IMG/VR virus record: IMGVR_UViG_3300031669_000007
Location: 1 to 64,000 of that record
Source: a virus
Direction: 5' to 3' (one strand)
DNA: 64,000 nucleotides
Position numbers and translations under genes: made by a program. Below are positions 1 through 10,410 of this stretch, piece by piece (position 1 is the stretch's first letter; each line of letters starts with the position of its first letter). The notes below the pieces were generated by a model. The model worked only from the letters and a program-made list of their open reading frames with translations, made no database searches and was not told the origin of the DNA.

Positions 1-814
1 ATCGACCCCACTAGAAAAAACGAGTATCCTGCAATGGCGAGATCCACACGGTGAGCCGAGAATGCCACAAGCAATGCACCGACGATATTTCCCGTTACTG
101 CCAAAAAATCACATAGTTTCTTCATACTGCGTGTTTGCCGAATTCAATTGCCAGCCCGATCAGTTCTATCATAAGAATAGAACCAGCAATGAAGCTTATT
201 GCACCGTAGATTGCTGTTCTCATTCCTGCTTCTTTGCGGATTATTCGACCGAAGTCATCGCCAGCAAACATGAACAGAACTGCGGCAAGAATCATAATAG
301 TGATTGTCATTTGACACTTTCTAAGATTTGTTATGCGATTCTACTGATTTTATTTCTTGCTTTTCTTCGGTGCGCGAGCAACTGTATTGATGGCCTTTAC
401 TGCTGCTTCCTGCGACGTGTTAGGCACCTCGCTCATCACAAAACGTGCGGCGCGAGTTGTGTTATATTGCAATCCGTAAACGGCTTTGATTGCTGCATTC
501 TCGATATTTTGGTTCATTTGTGTTGCTCCTTCTTTGCTGGTTAAAAAAACTTATACTATTGTTTTGGATTTTACCTTTCCACAAATCTCGCATTGTAGAA
601 TATATTTTTTGCCTGTTGCCAATTGCCCTTTTTCTCGAGTCGGGGTATCATATAACGTTGCCTGATTGATAACTTTCCATTTGTGATTGTGGCCGATAAA
701 AAGTCTGTGTAGAAACTCAATCATTTCTTGTCCTTCATAATTTTTGCCGCATCTGTAATCGCGCTCCCAATAATAACAGATCCAACAACAATTGCAATAG
801 AGAGCAATATCATA

Positions 815-1195
815 TTATTTTACTTTCGGGAAGTCTACGGGATTATCCGTATTTGTTTCGTGAAATTTACCTTCTGCTGCTTCGAGGGCATCCCTTGCTG
901 ATTGGATTGCGAAATCAAAATCTTGCTGGACAAGTGCGCCCTGAATCTGATGGCGTCCTCGTCTCATTGCGCTATATGCTTCGTGAAGTGCGGCGACCAG
1001 TTTCTTACGCAACTGCACCTCAGGGTCATGTTCGTCCCAGTCACACATCTCACAATACATGCCAATCTCTTTTCCGAGAACAACTGGGCAATCCTCGTCT
1101 CCGTATTTGCATCCATGATCTGGGCAACAGTGCGAGTCATGCACTGATTTGAACTCTCGTGTTTTCATTGCTATTTTTCGTTCTTGTGGTGTCAT
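815..1195 (-). CDS. Hypothetical Cys/His-rich early protein
   Basis: ORF with HCCPDHGCKYG and CEMC metal-binding-like motifs. Confidence 0.6.
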   Translation of the reverse strand: MTPQERKIAMKTREFKSVHDSHCCPDHGCKYGDEDCPVVLGKEIGMYCEMCDWDEHDPEVQLRKKLVAALHEAYSAMRRGRHQIQGALVQQDFDFAIQSARDALEAAEGKFHETNTDNPVDFPKVK

Positions 1196-1365
1196 GATAA
1201 TGCCACAATGTAGGCCGTAATTAATGCGGCTGCCTGAAAGTATGATCGCTCAAAAGCTATTAGCCATTCACGTGTTGTGAGAAGCACCCATATGAAATTG
1301 CCGATTGTCAATCCCAGCCAAAGCATAAAGAGTTTTTCTTTCATTTCCATCTCCGTGCCGGTCGA

Positions 1366-1548
1366 TTAGAAATATCCCATGATCGCGCCAAGTGGCGCAA
1401 CGACGATTCCGAAGCAACGAAGAATAAACATTGCTGTGATCGGATCACTTACTGTGTGGACAATGTCAACGACGTTTGAGATCCAACCATATATTGCTGC
1501 TACCCAAATGCCAAGTATTATTAATCCACCAATTCCTGCTGTTTTCAT
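1366..1548 (-). CDS. Small membrane protein
   Basis: Two hydrophobic segments, GGAG SD upstream. Confidence 0.6.
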   Translation of the reverse strand: MKTAGIGGLIILGIWVAAIYGWISNVVDIVHTVSDPITAMFILRCFGIVVAPLGAIMGYF

Positions 1549-2079
1549 TTACTGCTCTCCTTTTGTTGATGTTAATGCACGAATAAAATTTTGTTTCGTG
1601 CGGGCTCGCGACGCGAACTTTCCGTCTTTCGCTTGATGAACTCCTGCACCACTGTTCCCATGTTCTTTGGCGAACTTAGCTGCGTGATTGCGAAATTTTA
1701 TTACCTTTGTATTCTTCATTTCTTTCTCTTGTTAAGATGTTGAGCACTTAGATATCACACTTGAGGTCAAGGTATATAAGAACTCCAAAAAGCGACAACA
1801 GCAACCCAAATATAGGTTCTTTGTCGCCTATCATCACACCTATCCCCAATATTAGTCCGCCGGCAAAACCTTGATCTGCTGATTTGTTCAGCTTAAATTT
1901 TTTCATTCTATTCCTTAATGCAAAACTGTTCAAGAACTGTTTCAGAAAAGTCGAGCATATCTGTTTCGCTCATTTGTATTGTCATTCTTTTGCATCTTCG
2001 TCAAATCGCATCGCAAAGCCGTGTGCTCTACACCAGTTGCGAAATTTCTCCATTGACATAAATCCCGGACGATTCATTT

Positions 2080-2382
2080 CTACATCGACCAATATGTTTC
2101 ACTTGCGGGCGAGCAGCAATTTGGCGTATCTTCTGCTTCCATATACTTTTGTCCGCTCAACAAGTTTGTCTTCTCTACCATTTTGACTGGATACAGCACA
2201 CGATATTGATCTGCAGGAATTACTTTCCACTGTCCCACGTTTCCGTATTCTTTGTTCAGCCGTGTGCAAGCTCCTTTGGCACCGCGCTCTGTTTCGTAAT
2301 ATGCCGAGCAAAAATGACCTGGCTTCTTGTAAAGCTGTTCTGTTCCAACATTCACAATAACGTAACTCATTTCACACTCCAT
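2080..2382 (-). CDS. Hypothetical early protein
   Basis: Directly downstream of a sigma70-type promoter; ends CCSPASETYWSM. Confidence 0.6.
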   Translation of the reverse strand: MECEMSYVIVNVGTEQLYKKPGHFCSAYYETERGAKGACTRLNKEYGNVGQWKVIPADQYRVLYPVKMVEKTNLLSGQKYMEAEDTPNCCSPASETYWSM

Positions 2383-2401
2383 TTATTAACTGTATAGAGC
2401 T

Positions 2402-2429
2402 ATTATACACTGTTTTACCGGATTGTCAA
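2402..2429 (-). promoter_or_regulatory. Early sigma70-type promoter
   Basis: TTGACA-N16-TATAAT on minus strand. Confidence 0.8.
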
Positions 2430-2462
2430 GCACTCTTTTGCTGAAGTAAGTGCTTGATTCTA

Positions 2463-2786
2463 TTAGGCAAATATTGCTTGAACGACCCACCCAAACAATA
2501 ATACCACAAGACCGACGCTAAAGGATTGAATCAGCGCATTTGATATTTCTCTTTTCTGCTGATTGTGTGCTGTGAACATCACTGTTGTGAGCATCAGTCC
2601 GTATAAAACATAGAGTTTTGGGACGGCCAAATGAAATGCCGGCAACAAATACCAGCCCCACATTTTTGAAAAGACCCAAGTGTCGAAAAGGGCCATAGCT
2701 GCTCCGACCAGCATAAAAAATAAAAACTTCAAAAACTTTTCCATTTCATTCTTCCTTTTATTTGTAGTATTCAGAATCAGCGACAA
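2463..2786 (-). CDS. Membrane protein
   Basis: Three hydrophobic segments; true start probably MEKFL. Confidence 0.55.
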   Translation of the reverse strand: MSLILNTTNKRKNEMEKFLKFLFFMLVGAAMALFDTWVFSKMWGWYLLPAFHLAVPKLYVLYGLMLTTVMFTAHNQQKREISNALIQSFSVGLVVLLFGWVVQAIFA

Positions 2787-3145
2787 TCTGATCGACTAAC
2801 TCATTGAAGTCCGGCAACGTCAATAGTGTGTCAACATCTTTACGCTGAACTGCATCAAGACAGATTGGACCTTTGAAAATCTCGCTGGCAGTCTTTACTG
2901 CTTTAGCAATTGAATGAGTCTTTTTTGTTTTTTCAGAAAACGTGTAGGTGATCATTTCTTTTCCTAATGTAGGTCTATCTGACGAGGTTTAGTTGTTTGA
3001 CGCATGTTAGCGACATGGTCTAAAAACATTGCTCGGCGACTTTGCTTGTGCCATCTCTTTGACCATCTTGACCACTTGCGTTCACGCATCATCTTTGTTT
3101 CAAAATTTCTATACATTTTTTCTTTAGCTCCCGTTGCTTTTCTGC

Positions 3146-3556
3146 TTATGCCAGAATGTAAGGCTTGTTCCACTTACCAGCTTGGATGCTAATGTAGTAA
3201 GCAGTATGGAAGTAATCAGTCATTATATCGCTCTTGTCGAACCAGGTGTCGCCCTTCATTGCTTCAAGCAACTCGGCCAAACATTTTTGTGCTTTGCCTG
3301 TGAATTGAGTGTGCATCCAATACACGTTGAAGTCGATGTGCTCGCCTTTTTCGCGGCGAAGCGGCTCGCTTGTGGTTTCGCGCTCTGCTGCATAATCGTT
3401 GTAATTTTTTGCGAAGTCGATCTTGCCTGACTTGATTGTGAGAACCAACGTTGAGTGATTATCAACGGACAATGAACCTTTGAGTTTGTATTTTCCCAAA
3501 ACTTTTTTCACATTGGGGGCGATCTTTGCTTTCAACTCTTGGGAAATATATGCCAT
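3146..3556 (-). CDS. Hypothetical early protein
   Basis: First gene after promoter 3589-3616, GAGG SD. Confidence 0.7.
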   Translation of the reverse strand: MAYISQELKAKIAPNVKKVLGKYKLKGSLSVDNHSTLVLTIKSGKIDFAKNYNDYAAERETTSEPLRREKGEHIDFNVYWMHTQFTGKAQKCLAELLEAMKGDTWFDKSDIMTDYFHTAYYISIQAGKWNKPYILA

Positions 3557-3565
3557 TTGTTGTGC

Positions 3566-3623
3566 CTCTTTATTAACTGTATGATGCTATTATACAGCAT
3601 TTAACCGAAAAGTCAAGCGATTT
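3566..3623. repeat. 58-bp exact dispersed repeat, copy 1 (promoter cassette)
   Basis: Identical to 24196-24253; near-copy at about 5071-5115. Confidence 0.9.
3589..3616 (-). promoter_or_regulatory. Early sigma70-type promoter
   Basis: TTGACT-N16-TATAAT. Confidence 0.85.
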
Positions 3624-3648
3624 CTCTATTATTTTGGATTCTGTGGAA

Positions 3649-3960
3649 TCAACGACTTAGCTTGTCCCACATTTCTTGCTGCTCGAGTTTTAAAAATGCT
3701 TCTGAGTGCAAGCGTCGATATTCGTCCACTGTGACTAATGTTCCTCTGTCAGAATCTACAAGTTTGATGCGGACTTTTTCGCTTTTGCCCAACCAACCAG
3801 CGATTTTTCTTGCAAAGTAGGAAATTTTCTTGGGTCCAGTTGGGTCAAGAAGCATAAAATGCTGCACTTCTTCCCATCGACGACCCCAGAGCAACTCTCT
3901 TTTTGATGTGCGCCTGTCGAGCCAGTATGCAACTGTTGAGTATTTTGGTGGGATATTCAT
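3649..3960 (-). CDS. Hypothetical protein, paralogue of 5137-5433
   Basis: PPKYSTVAYWLD vs PPKNSVVAYWID; shared LLDP and C-terminal MWxxL. Confidence 0.7.
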   Translation of the reverse strand: MNIPPKYSTVAYWLDRRTSKRELLWGRRWEEVQHFMLLDPTGPKKISYFARKIAGWLGKSEKVRIKLVDSDRGTLVTVDEYRRLHSEAFLKLEQQEMWDKLSR

Positions 3961-4730
3961 TGTTATTGTTTCTTGAGCAACTCCATTGTCTTTTCTGGAG
4001 TATTGTTTATCCAAGTTTCAATACGAATAGTAAGCTTTCTCAACTTACAATCTGCCCAGAGTCCTATCCTATCGTTTAGTTCTGGAAAATATGTAGCTGT
4101 TATTTTCTCAATAATCCAGCAAGGAAAATATAATACAACAACAGTGATCCATACAGCACAACTAGCGATTTTTTCTCGATTCTCAGAAGTCAATCTCATA
4201 GTGTCAGACTCTTGACATATTCAACTGCCTCTTCTTTCGTCGGAAACTCAACTACGGGTGCGCCCATCGTGTATGGATTGACAACCAGCCAGCATGAGCC
4301 GTCTTCTTCAGGAACCACTGAACGATACAGCGAACGGCCGTTATCAAAAGTGAGCGTGACATTAACGCCAGGAACGCCTTTGTTTCGGGTTTCGACTTCA
4401 ACTTTGACAGTCATTGTGTTGACCTTTCTGCGTACTGCAAAGAATTTATTTGCTGGTGTCAGATGTTGCCATTAAGTATTCTGTGGCAAGACGGTACATC
4501 AACACTGGATAGGACTCTCTTACTTCATATGTCCCTGGAAAAATAAGACGCTTGTATGTGGTTGTTTTGTAAGGCAAATCACCGTGGTCGAGATAACCCT
4601 CGCTTTGAAGAAGTGCCTCGAGATATCCAGCAAAGCGCATTTCTTGATATATCGGATGACTTTGTTGATCCCATCCAGTAAGAACATTGGCGATTCTGCG
4701 TCTATTTGTTAGTGTGGTCATTTTTGCTCC

Positions 4731-5054
4731 TTAGTCTGCGCGGCTGCAAGCGTAAGCACGGAAGCCGTATTTTTGAAACACTTTGGCAAATGCCGATGCG
4801 CCAGCTTCTTTGACGTCCATGCTTTGCGTTGCCGAACCACCTGTGTTCCAAACGCTCAGACATTTTGGTTTGTAATCTTTGCGGAAGCCAGCTGCAATCA
4901 ATTCTTTAGCTGGTTTGCTGTTTGTGCGGTCAACATAAACTTCGACCCAGGCAAATCCGCAATATGCCATTTCGCCATGCTTGGCACGAAACTCTGCTTC
5001 TGCTGCTTTGGCGGCAGTGACTGCTTCTTGGTAAATAGCTTGAACTGCTGACAT
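4731..5054 (-). CDS. Hypothetical early protein
   Basis: First gene after promoter; AGGAG SD; CGFAWV motif. Confidence 0.7.
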   Translation of the reverse strand: MSAVQAIYQEAVTAAKAAEAEFRAKHGEMAYCGFAWVEVYVDRTNSKPAKELIAAGFRKDYKPKCLSVWNTGGSATQSMDVKEAGASAFAKVFQKYGFRAYACSRAD

Positions 5055-5086
5055 TTGTTTCTCCTGTTGTTTAACTGTATGATGCT

Positions 5087-5114
5087 ATTATACAGTCTTT
5101 AACCGAAATGTCAA
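5087..5114 (-). promoter_or_regulatory. Early sigma70-type promoter
   Basis: TTGACA-N16-TATAAT. Confidence 0.85.
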
Positions 5115-5136
5115 GAAAAGAATTAACCCTTTAGAA

Positions 5137-5433
5137 TCATGTTTTTAGAATACGCCACATTTTAGTTTTCTCAATTACCAGAGCAATATCCTTATACAAT
5201 TCGTTGTATTCTTGCTCTGTAACGAGTCTTGAGTATCCAAATACTTCAAGTTGAATACGGACCGGCTCTGTTCCTCCACTACGAAAAAGTTTAATTGCAT
5301 CGTAGATTAATGATCCGGGAGCGACCGGATCTAATAAAATGTAATGCTGAGCTCTCTCCCACGGAACATAATCAGAAAAACTATCTATGTCTATCCAATA
5401 CGCAACTACGGAATTTTTTGGTGGTGCCTCCAT
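5137..5433 (-). CDS. Hypothetical protein, paralogue of 3649-3960
   Basis: Shared motifs as above. Confidence 0.7.
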   Translation of the reverse strand: MEAPPKNSVVAYWIDIDSFSDYVPWERAQHYILLDPVAPGSLIYDAIKLFRSGGTEPVRIQLEVFGYSRLVTEQEYNELYKDIALVIEKTKMWRILKT

Positions 5434-5435
5434 AG

Positions 5436-6071
5436 TTAAATCAGTGCGTGAATTTGTTTTGCCTTCTCTAAAACAATCTTAGAGTATTCTCCTGAACTTG
5501 CTGTGCCGTTGTAACAAGCTAACGCTCGAGACATATTGTGATGCTTTTGTCGTAAACATTCTCTTAAAATACTTGCTGCAAGAGTTGAATTGGTGTATGG
5601 ATCATATATGTTTTTAGTTGAGATTTCATCTTCTCTCAACAATAGAAAAACTCTACCTACATGTGGCTTTGTCATAATTTGAAAGAACCCAAGTTCTCCC
5701 TGCGAGCCCAATGCATATTGTTCAAAGTTAGATTCGTGTTTAGCAACTGCCAACTCAATCTCAATTGGTATTCCATACTTCCATGAATTTTCCATAATTG
5801 CATCAGCTAATCTATTTGCAACACTGTCGCTGATATTTGGTCTAACACTTTTGATATAATGAACAATCCGTTGTTGTCTTTTGGCCATTGGCGAAAAAGA
5901 TAACGATCTTGATGGTTGGATCTGCGATGCTTCTGCTGGTGGTATTGCTGCTTTGAGCAATACATTTATTGATACTCCAAATATCAATAAAAATGAAACT
6001 ATTACTACCTTAATCATTGGCACGAAACCTATCTTTGGAACGTAAACCAGTCGTCTTGGTATTTTAGTCAT
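5436..6071 (-). CDS. Lytic transglycosylase (SLT domain) with N-terminal membrane anchor
   Basis: AVAKHESNF (catalytic E-S), GFFQI, ALACYNG; hydrophobic N-terminus; TAAATA box at 6101-6106. Confidence 0.85.
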   Translation of the reverse strand: MTKIPRRLVYVPKIGFVPMIKVVIVSFLLIFGVSINVLLKAAIPPAEASQIQPSRSLSFSPMAKRQQRIVHYIKSVRPNISDSVANRLADAIMENSWKYGIPIEIELAVAKHESNFEQYALGSQGELGFFQIMTKPHVGRVFLLLREDEISTKNIYDPYTNSTLAASILRECLRQKHHNMSRALACYNGTASSGEYSKIVLEKAKQIHALI

Positions 6072-6138
6072 AACACTTCTCCTTTTTAAGATGCGAGTAG
6101 TATTTATCGGTTAATCCGACAGACACAACATCTTTTTC

Positions 6139-6166
6139 ATTATAACACAACGGTAGAGAAAGTCAA
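6139..6166 (-). promoter_or_regulatory. Sigma70-type promoter
   Basis: TTGACT-N16-TATAAT. Confidence 0.75.
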
Positions 6167-6190
6167 GGACTATTTTGTTCGAAGATACTG

Positions 6191-6424
6191 TTAATTATCA
6201 ACAGTTGTAGAGGTTCCTACCCACTTTAATGCGAATAAAGTAGCATCTTCTTCATTGCTGAAAGTATATTGTTGGTGCCCAAAAACTTCAGACATCTGCC
6301 ATACTCCGCACTCAAAGTTGCCTACTTCGTTTTTAGTCCAGGCAGGTCCATATTGTTGTTCGCACCAATTCCATATTTCAAGCTGCTTGGGATAATACCC
6401 TCTATTTAAGGTAACTTTTATCAT
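6191..6424 (-). CDS. FxLRW-family small protein
   Basis: WCEQQYG...FSNEEDATLFALKW. Confidence 0.8.
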   Translation of the reverse strand: MIKVTLNRGYYPKQLEIWNWCEQQYGPAWTKNEVGNFECGVWQMSEVFGHQQYTFSNEEDATLFALKWVGTSTTVDN

Positions 6425-6425
6425 G

Positions 6426-6704
6426 TTATTGTTCCGGGCAAATTAATAAAAGCATCGTATAGACCTCATCGGGAATTTCAACTGTCCTAATAAGTGTATC
6501 GTTTTCAATTCGTGTAATAATTATCCCATACTTTTCTCTTACTTCATCATAGAACTCTTTAGTAAAGTCGCTATAATTGTATTTGGTTTTCAGAGAAGTA
6601 AGTAGTCTGGCCATACGTTCTGCTCGAACTTGCGCCTCAAGTCTTTCTTGATGATTTCTATATTCTTCATTAAAATAAAATATCATATTTCTCTTCCTGA
6701 CCAA
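6426..6704 (-). CDS. FxLRW-family variant
   Basis: IPDEVYTMLLL; resembles 57677-57940. Confidence 0.7.
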   Translation of the reverse strand: MVRKRNMIFYFNEEYRNHQERLEAQVRAERMARLLTSLKTKYNYSDFTKEFYDEVREKYGIIITRIENDTLIRTVEIPDEVYTMLLLICPEQ

Positions 6705-6934
6705 AGCAAAGAAAACATAACTGCATCTTTCTCGTGTCTAAATAAAAAGATTGACATCTTTAATGGTTTCTCCACGTAGGTTGGATTTACTTCCCAGTCG
6801 ATCCCCTCTTCGCCTATATTTTCTTCACACCAGTCACATCGAGGACTGGTCTCGGGGTATATTAACCTGGGAACAATGACTTTATATTTCATGACCACTT
6901 TAACAAACAGAGAGTTATGTTTTTTTCGGCGCAC
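6683..6934 (-). CDS. FxLRW-family small protein
   Basis: WCEENIG...FRHEKDAVMFSLLW. Confidence 0.8.
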   Translation of the reverse strand: MRRKKHNSLFVKVVMKYKVIVPRLIYPETSPRCDWCEENIGEEGIDWEVNPTYVEKPLKMSIFLFRHEKDAVMFSLLWSGREI

Positions 6935-7129
6935 CCTTTACAATTTGTATTGCGGGATAATCAATATCACCAGCAAAGTCTGCTCGGTAAAAGCCATCTA
7001 AGTTTACATACTTTTCAATATCACATTCTTTTGCCCACTTAAAGAATTCCTCTTTCTCTTTCTCAGTAGTAAAATCCTTGAGTTCAAGTCCAGTTTGTCC
7101 TTCACTTAAAGTAAGCGTGTTAATAATTT

Positions 7130-7360
7130 TCATGACCACCTCAACATAAAGAGCATAAGATCTTGTTCACTTGTAAAATCAATATATTCAGTTTTCTCAA
7201 TATTAATTGCTCGCCATTCTAATAATAGCTTAGAGATGATATCATTATCTACCATCTTATGCCCGAGACCCTCGTAGTAATCAACAAAGTTGTCCCACCA
7301 ACCATTGAACTCAAGACTTGCTCCACCATCCTCATATACAGAAATTCGTATCATGCCCAC
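7130..7360 (-). CDS. FxLRW-family small protein
   Basis: FTSEQDLMLFMLRWS; close paralogue of next two. Confidence 0.8.
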   Translation of the reverse strand: MGMIRISVYEDGGASLEFNGWWDNFVDYYEGLGHKMVDNDIISKLLLEWRAINIEKTEYIDFTSEQDLMLFMLRWS

Positions 7361-7578
7361 CTCAATAAAAACAGCGTGACCTCTTCTTCAGTGTTGAAAC
7401 CAATATAGGGACTGTTTTCGACGTTGATTATTCCATATTTCCCCAACGTCTCGGTCATGCCCTCATTTGTTACCATGTCAAACCCTTTTCCTCTATGGTA
7501 GTCAACGAAGTTAGTCCACCATCTATTAAACTGCCTAACACCAGTATTGTCACATACAGTCATCTTAATCATGACCAC
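7351..7578 (-). CDS. FxLRW-family small protein
   Basis: FNTEEEVTLFLLRWA. Confidence 0.8.
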   Translation of the reverse strand: MVMIKMTVCDNTGVRQFNRWWTNFVDYHRGKGFDMVTNEGMTETLGKYGIINVENSPYIGFNTEEEVTLFLLRWA

Positions 7579-7790
7579 CTCAACACGAACAGTAAGTAAT
7601 CTTGCTCGGTTTTAAAACTAATGAATTCAGTTTCTTCAATGTTTGTTGCGTTCCAATCCTCTAATGCTTTGTCAAGTCGATCACCATCTAATAGAAAACT
7701 GCTTAGTTCTTCGTAGTGGGCAATAAAATTTAACCACCATCGATGATTGCTACCTATAGAATCGTAAGCAAATACAGATACCTTAATCAT
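7569..7790 (-). CDS. FxLRW-family small protein
   Basis: FKTEQDYLLFVLRWS. Confidence 0.8.
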   Translation of the reverse strand: MIKVSVFAYDSIGSNHRWWLNFIAHYEELSSFLLDGDRLDKALEDWNATNIEETEFISFKTEQDYLLFVLRWS

Positions 7791-8050
7791 TTATTCCACC
7801 TCAACAAAAACAGCATAGCATCTTTTTCTTCTTTAAACATCCAAGTCAACGGAGTCACTGTAGACATTGTATTTAGGGATGTGGTTGTTGGATGCTTGTG
7901 GAATTCATAGACCACGTTTCTCTTATACCATACATCTCTCTCATAGCCAAATATTTCTTCGCACCATTCTTCGCAGGGTCGCCACTGTAGATTTATATCG
8001 GGCACGTTGTGATAAATCTCATACCACCCATTAACAAGTTCATGTTTCAT
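7787..8050 (-). CDS. FxLRW-family small protein
   Basis: WCEEIFG...FKEEKDAMLFLLRW. Confidence 0.8.
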   Translation of the reverse strand: MKHELVNGWYEIYHNVPDINLQWRPCEEWCEEIFGYERDVWYKRNVVYEFHKHPTTTSLNTMSTVTPLTWMFKEEKDAMLFLLRWNK

Positions 8051-8273
8051 TGTTATTGGGATTCACGTTTGTCCAGCGTAGTGAAAATATTACTGCATCT
8101 TCTTCTCTCCTAAACAGGTAGATGGAATTTCCCGGAGAAGAATATGTATCTATATCCCAATCATACTGTCGCCGACCAATACTTTTGGCGCACCAATCAA
8201 CTCTTACATTTACATCTATATTATCACGTAGATTTGATCGACGAAGTGTGGGCAATGTTATCTTATGTATCAT
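8040..8273 (-). CDS. FxLRW-family small protein
   Basis: FRREEDAVIFSLRW. Confidence 0.8.
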   Translation of the reverse strand: MIHKITLPTLRRSNLRDNIDVNVRVDWCAKSIGRRQYDWDIDTYSSPGNSIYLFRREEDAVIFSLRWTNVNPNNNET

Positions 8274-8485
8274 GAGAACTGTATAATAAACATCAAATAA
8301 TCTGCTTCGGTCGTAAACTCAAAATCAAGAACTAAATCTTTATAAGGTTTTTGAATAACTCTTACGATATAATCTCCTGGGTAGGTCGTATAGACAAAAG
8401 AACAGATTTCGTCTTCTTCGCTATGAGTGATAATAAAGTTGCCATATATTTCTGTTACTGCCTTCTGTATCTTATCTATTTGCAC
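8270..8485 (-). CDS. FxLRW-family (YPG subfamily)
   Basis: YPGDYIV...FTTEADYLMFIIQF. Confidence 0.75.
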   Translation of the reverse strand: MQIDKIQKAVTEIYGNFIITHSEEDEICSFVYTTYPGDYIVRVIQKPYKDLVLDFEFTTEADYLMFIIQFS

Positions 8486-8486
8486 C

Positions 8487-8729
8487 TTAAAAATCCTCTA
8501 TCAAAGTATCCGGCCACTTCATCAACATGATTACTATTAACTTTTCATCAACCCACAGACTATCGCCGCGGTTCTTTGGTTCTATCCAAAGATCCCTGTC
8601 TTGAGTCGTAATCCAATCATACACTTCATTAGAGGCACTGATTAGTTGGAACATATATTCTGTTCCTACACGTTGCTTTGGATTCGTGTTGTTTTCTCTA
8701 ACCCAATGTTTTATTATGGCTATGACCAT
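8487..8729 (-). CDS. FxLRW-family variant
   Basis: VDEKLIVIMLMKWP. Confidence 0.7.
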   Translation of the reverse strand: MVIAIIKHWVRENNTNPKQRVGTEYMFQLISASNEVYDWITTQDRDLWIEPKNRGDSLWVDEKLIVIMLMKWPDTLIEDF

Positions 8730-8941
8730 TTCAATAGATACATCATATAATCAGATTCTGATGAAAGCCATACTTCTGGTCGACCACCCCAGTCATGTTT
8801 AATCTGCCAACCACCGTTGCATGATGCTCTAACCCAAGACATCGATTCTACATGATGATGAGTATTACAATCACATTTATATTTCGGATCAAATACGGAT
8901 ATGTTCGTTGTAGTCGCTGATTGTGTAAAGAAAGAAGTCAT
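8720..8941 (-). CDS. FxLRW-family small protein
   Basis: LSSESDYMMYLLKWS. Confidence 0.75.
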   Translation of the reverse strand: MTSFFTQSATTTNISVFDPKYKCDCNTHHHVESMSWVRASCNGGWQIKHDWGGRPEVWLSSESDYMMYLLKWS

Positions 8942-8942
8942 A

Positions 8943-9182
8943 CTATAACCACCTTAACGAAAACAACATTGCATCTTTCTTGCAGTTAAATGAATATAAT
9001 CTTCCAGGTAAGTCCTCGGACCACAGTAAATGACAATCCCCAAATGTTTTATCGCACCAATCAACTATTTCAATAGAGTTTTCTTTGCGTTCGCGAAATC
9101 TAATTTCGAAGCGAAGACTGCCACGACGTGTTTCCGCCCTCATCCTAGCTTTCTCTAGTGTTGACATTAATGTGATCCCCAC
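8943..9182 (-). CDS. FxLRW-family small protein
   Basis: FNCKKDAMLFSLRWL. Confidence 0.8.
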   Translation of the reverse strand: MGITLMSTLEKARMRAETRRGSLRFEIRFRERKENSIEIVDWCDKTFGDCHLLWSEDLPGRLYSFNCKKDAMLFSLRWL

Positions 9183-9439
9183 TTCAATAAGAACATTGAA
9201 GCATCTTCTTCGTTAAAAAATACAAAATATTCCTTCTTGTTTTCTCTTACGATAATGATACCCTGCGTAAATAGCCAATCCTCAAATTTCTTCATACTGC
9301 CATGATGGCGACTGCTCCCGCCTTGGAAGTAGAATCTTTTCTTCTCTTCTATTTCTAATCCCAGAATCACTTGATTGTGATATTTAAGAAGTTTCTGAAA
9401 ATATGGAAATGCGTGAATTTTTATCATTGACACTTCCAC
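9167..9439 (-). CDS. FxLRW-family small protein
   Basis: FFNEEDASMFLLKWG. Confidence 0.8.
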   Translation of the reverse strand: MEVSMIKIHAFPYFQKLLKYHNQVILGLEIEEKKRFYFQGGSSRHHGSMKKFEDWLFTQGIIIVRENKKEYFVFFNEEDASMFLLKWGSH

Positions 9440-9732
9440 TTCAAAAGAAAGTAAGAGATAAGAGACTCGTGTTTTTTACTAAGTTTTATCTCAAGAATCG
9501 AAAGATTCTTTTTGTTTAACCTATAATCCCAATCAATGCCACGAATACCGGCTATTTCCATTAGGTCATCGCGATACTGAATATATGACATCAAGTCATC
9601 ATCCGAATATAAAACACAAATAGTCTTTGTTCTGGTCGTTAGCCACCATATACGTTGTTTAAGAGAACCATAGTCAACTAAGTATTTCTTAGTTTCGTTG
9701 TAAAAAATTGATATAGTTGATAACTTAGGCAT
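9424..9732 (-). CDS. FxLRW-family variant
   Basis: HESLISYFLLKWK. Confidence 0.7.
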   Translation of the reverse strand: MPKLSTISIFYNETKKYLVDYGSLKQRIWWLTTRTKTICVLYSDDDLMSYIQYRDDLMEIAGIRGIDWDYRLNKKNLSILEIKLSKKHESLISYFLLKWKCQ

Positions 9733-9735
9733 TAA

Positions 9736-10410
9736 CTATTCTGCCATTTCCCAAGCATTAGATGTTTTGCACCATTTAAAAGATACTGTCTTTTCTTTTT
9801 CCAACTCACTCTTTTTCTTATCCGTTATGGATTTTACGAATGGCGGAAACCACTGTGCTTCGCAGTTGTTAACACTATCCCAAGTGCCGAATCCATTGTT
9901 TATCCATAAATGGAACTTCATTATTTTTTTCTCTTTTACTGCTGCTCGAGCCAAATAGTCTGCTCGGCAATTATCTATTATTTGTTTGTGTCCTTTTATC
10001 CAGTGCATCTGTGATAACGCGAGCCAACGCATCAATTTTATCACTGCATGTTTGTCGTTTGGACAGAAGAATTTTTGAAATAACGTGAGACGTTTGTATA
10101 TGTTTGCTCGATGATTACTCTTGTTTGCTCGTTCCAAATGAAATCCTGAATACGCAACCCACGAGCAGTCTGTGTAAAAACTTGTTTGCTCTGGATCAGC
10201 ATTATGTTTTTCTGCGTGAAGAACTGCATGATAAAATGCAAGAAGTTCGTAAAATCCGCCAGCCTGTCGTTTTTCCATGCTGTAATCTACGAACCCGTTT
10301 ATCTCTACTGACTTTCCGGTTAGGTGTCGCGCAACAACTCCCCAACCCTGACGGATAGTGTTTCCTATTTTAGATTCGCTTCCATCAATGTAAAAAGTAA
10401 GTTTTGACAT
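9736..10410 (-). CDS. rnhA: Ribonuclease HI-like protein
   Basis: FYIDGS, ELLA, YTDC, WIKGH, NCRADYLA match RNase HI catalytic motifs. Confidence 0.85.
   Translation of the reverse strand: MSKLTFYIDGSESKIGNTIRQGWGVVARHLTGKSVEINGFVDYSMEKRQAGGFYELLAFYHAVLHAEKHNADPEQTSFYTDCSWVAYSGFHLERANKSNHRANIYKRLTLFQKFFCPNDKHAVIKLMRWLALSQMHWIKGHKQIIDNCRADYLARAAVKEKKIMKFHLWINNGFGTWDSVNNCEAQWFPPFVKSITDKKKSELEKEKTVSFKWCKTSNAWEMAE

Larger units (their letters stand above)
6191..9732 (-). other. Array A: 15 tandem small ORFs, 14 with the C-terminal FxxExDAxxFxL(R/K)W motif or a variant
   Basis: ORFs ending at 6191, 6426, 6683, 7130, 7351, 7569, 7787, 8040, 8270, 8487, 8720, 8943, 9167, 9424; 6915-7139 lacks the motif; many overlapping junctions. 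Confidence 0.9.

Noticed and set aside
321-517. Possible frameshifted gene (MNQNIENAA... joined to ...RFVMSEVPN)
   Set aside because: The second frame has its own ATG; cannot be resolved without homologues
62-544. 160-aa plus-strand ORF and similar short plus-strand ORFs throughout
   Set aside because: Antisense to minus-strand genes that have SD sites; implausible composition
6191-9732. Diversity-generating retroelement or integron explanation for the arrays
   Set aside because: No reverse transcriptase, integrase, template/variable repeat pair or attC-like spacers in the window; genes overlap directly
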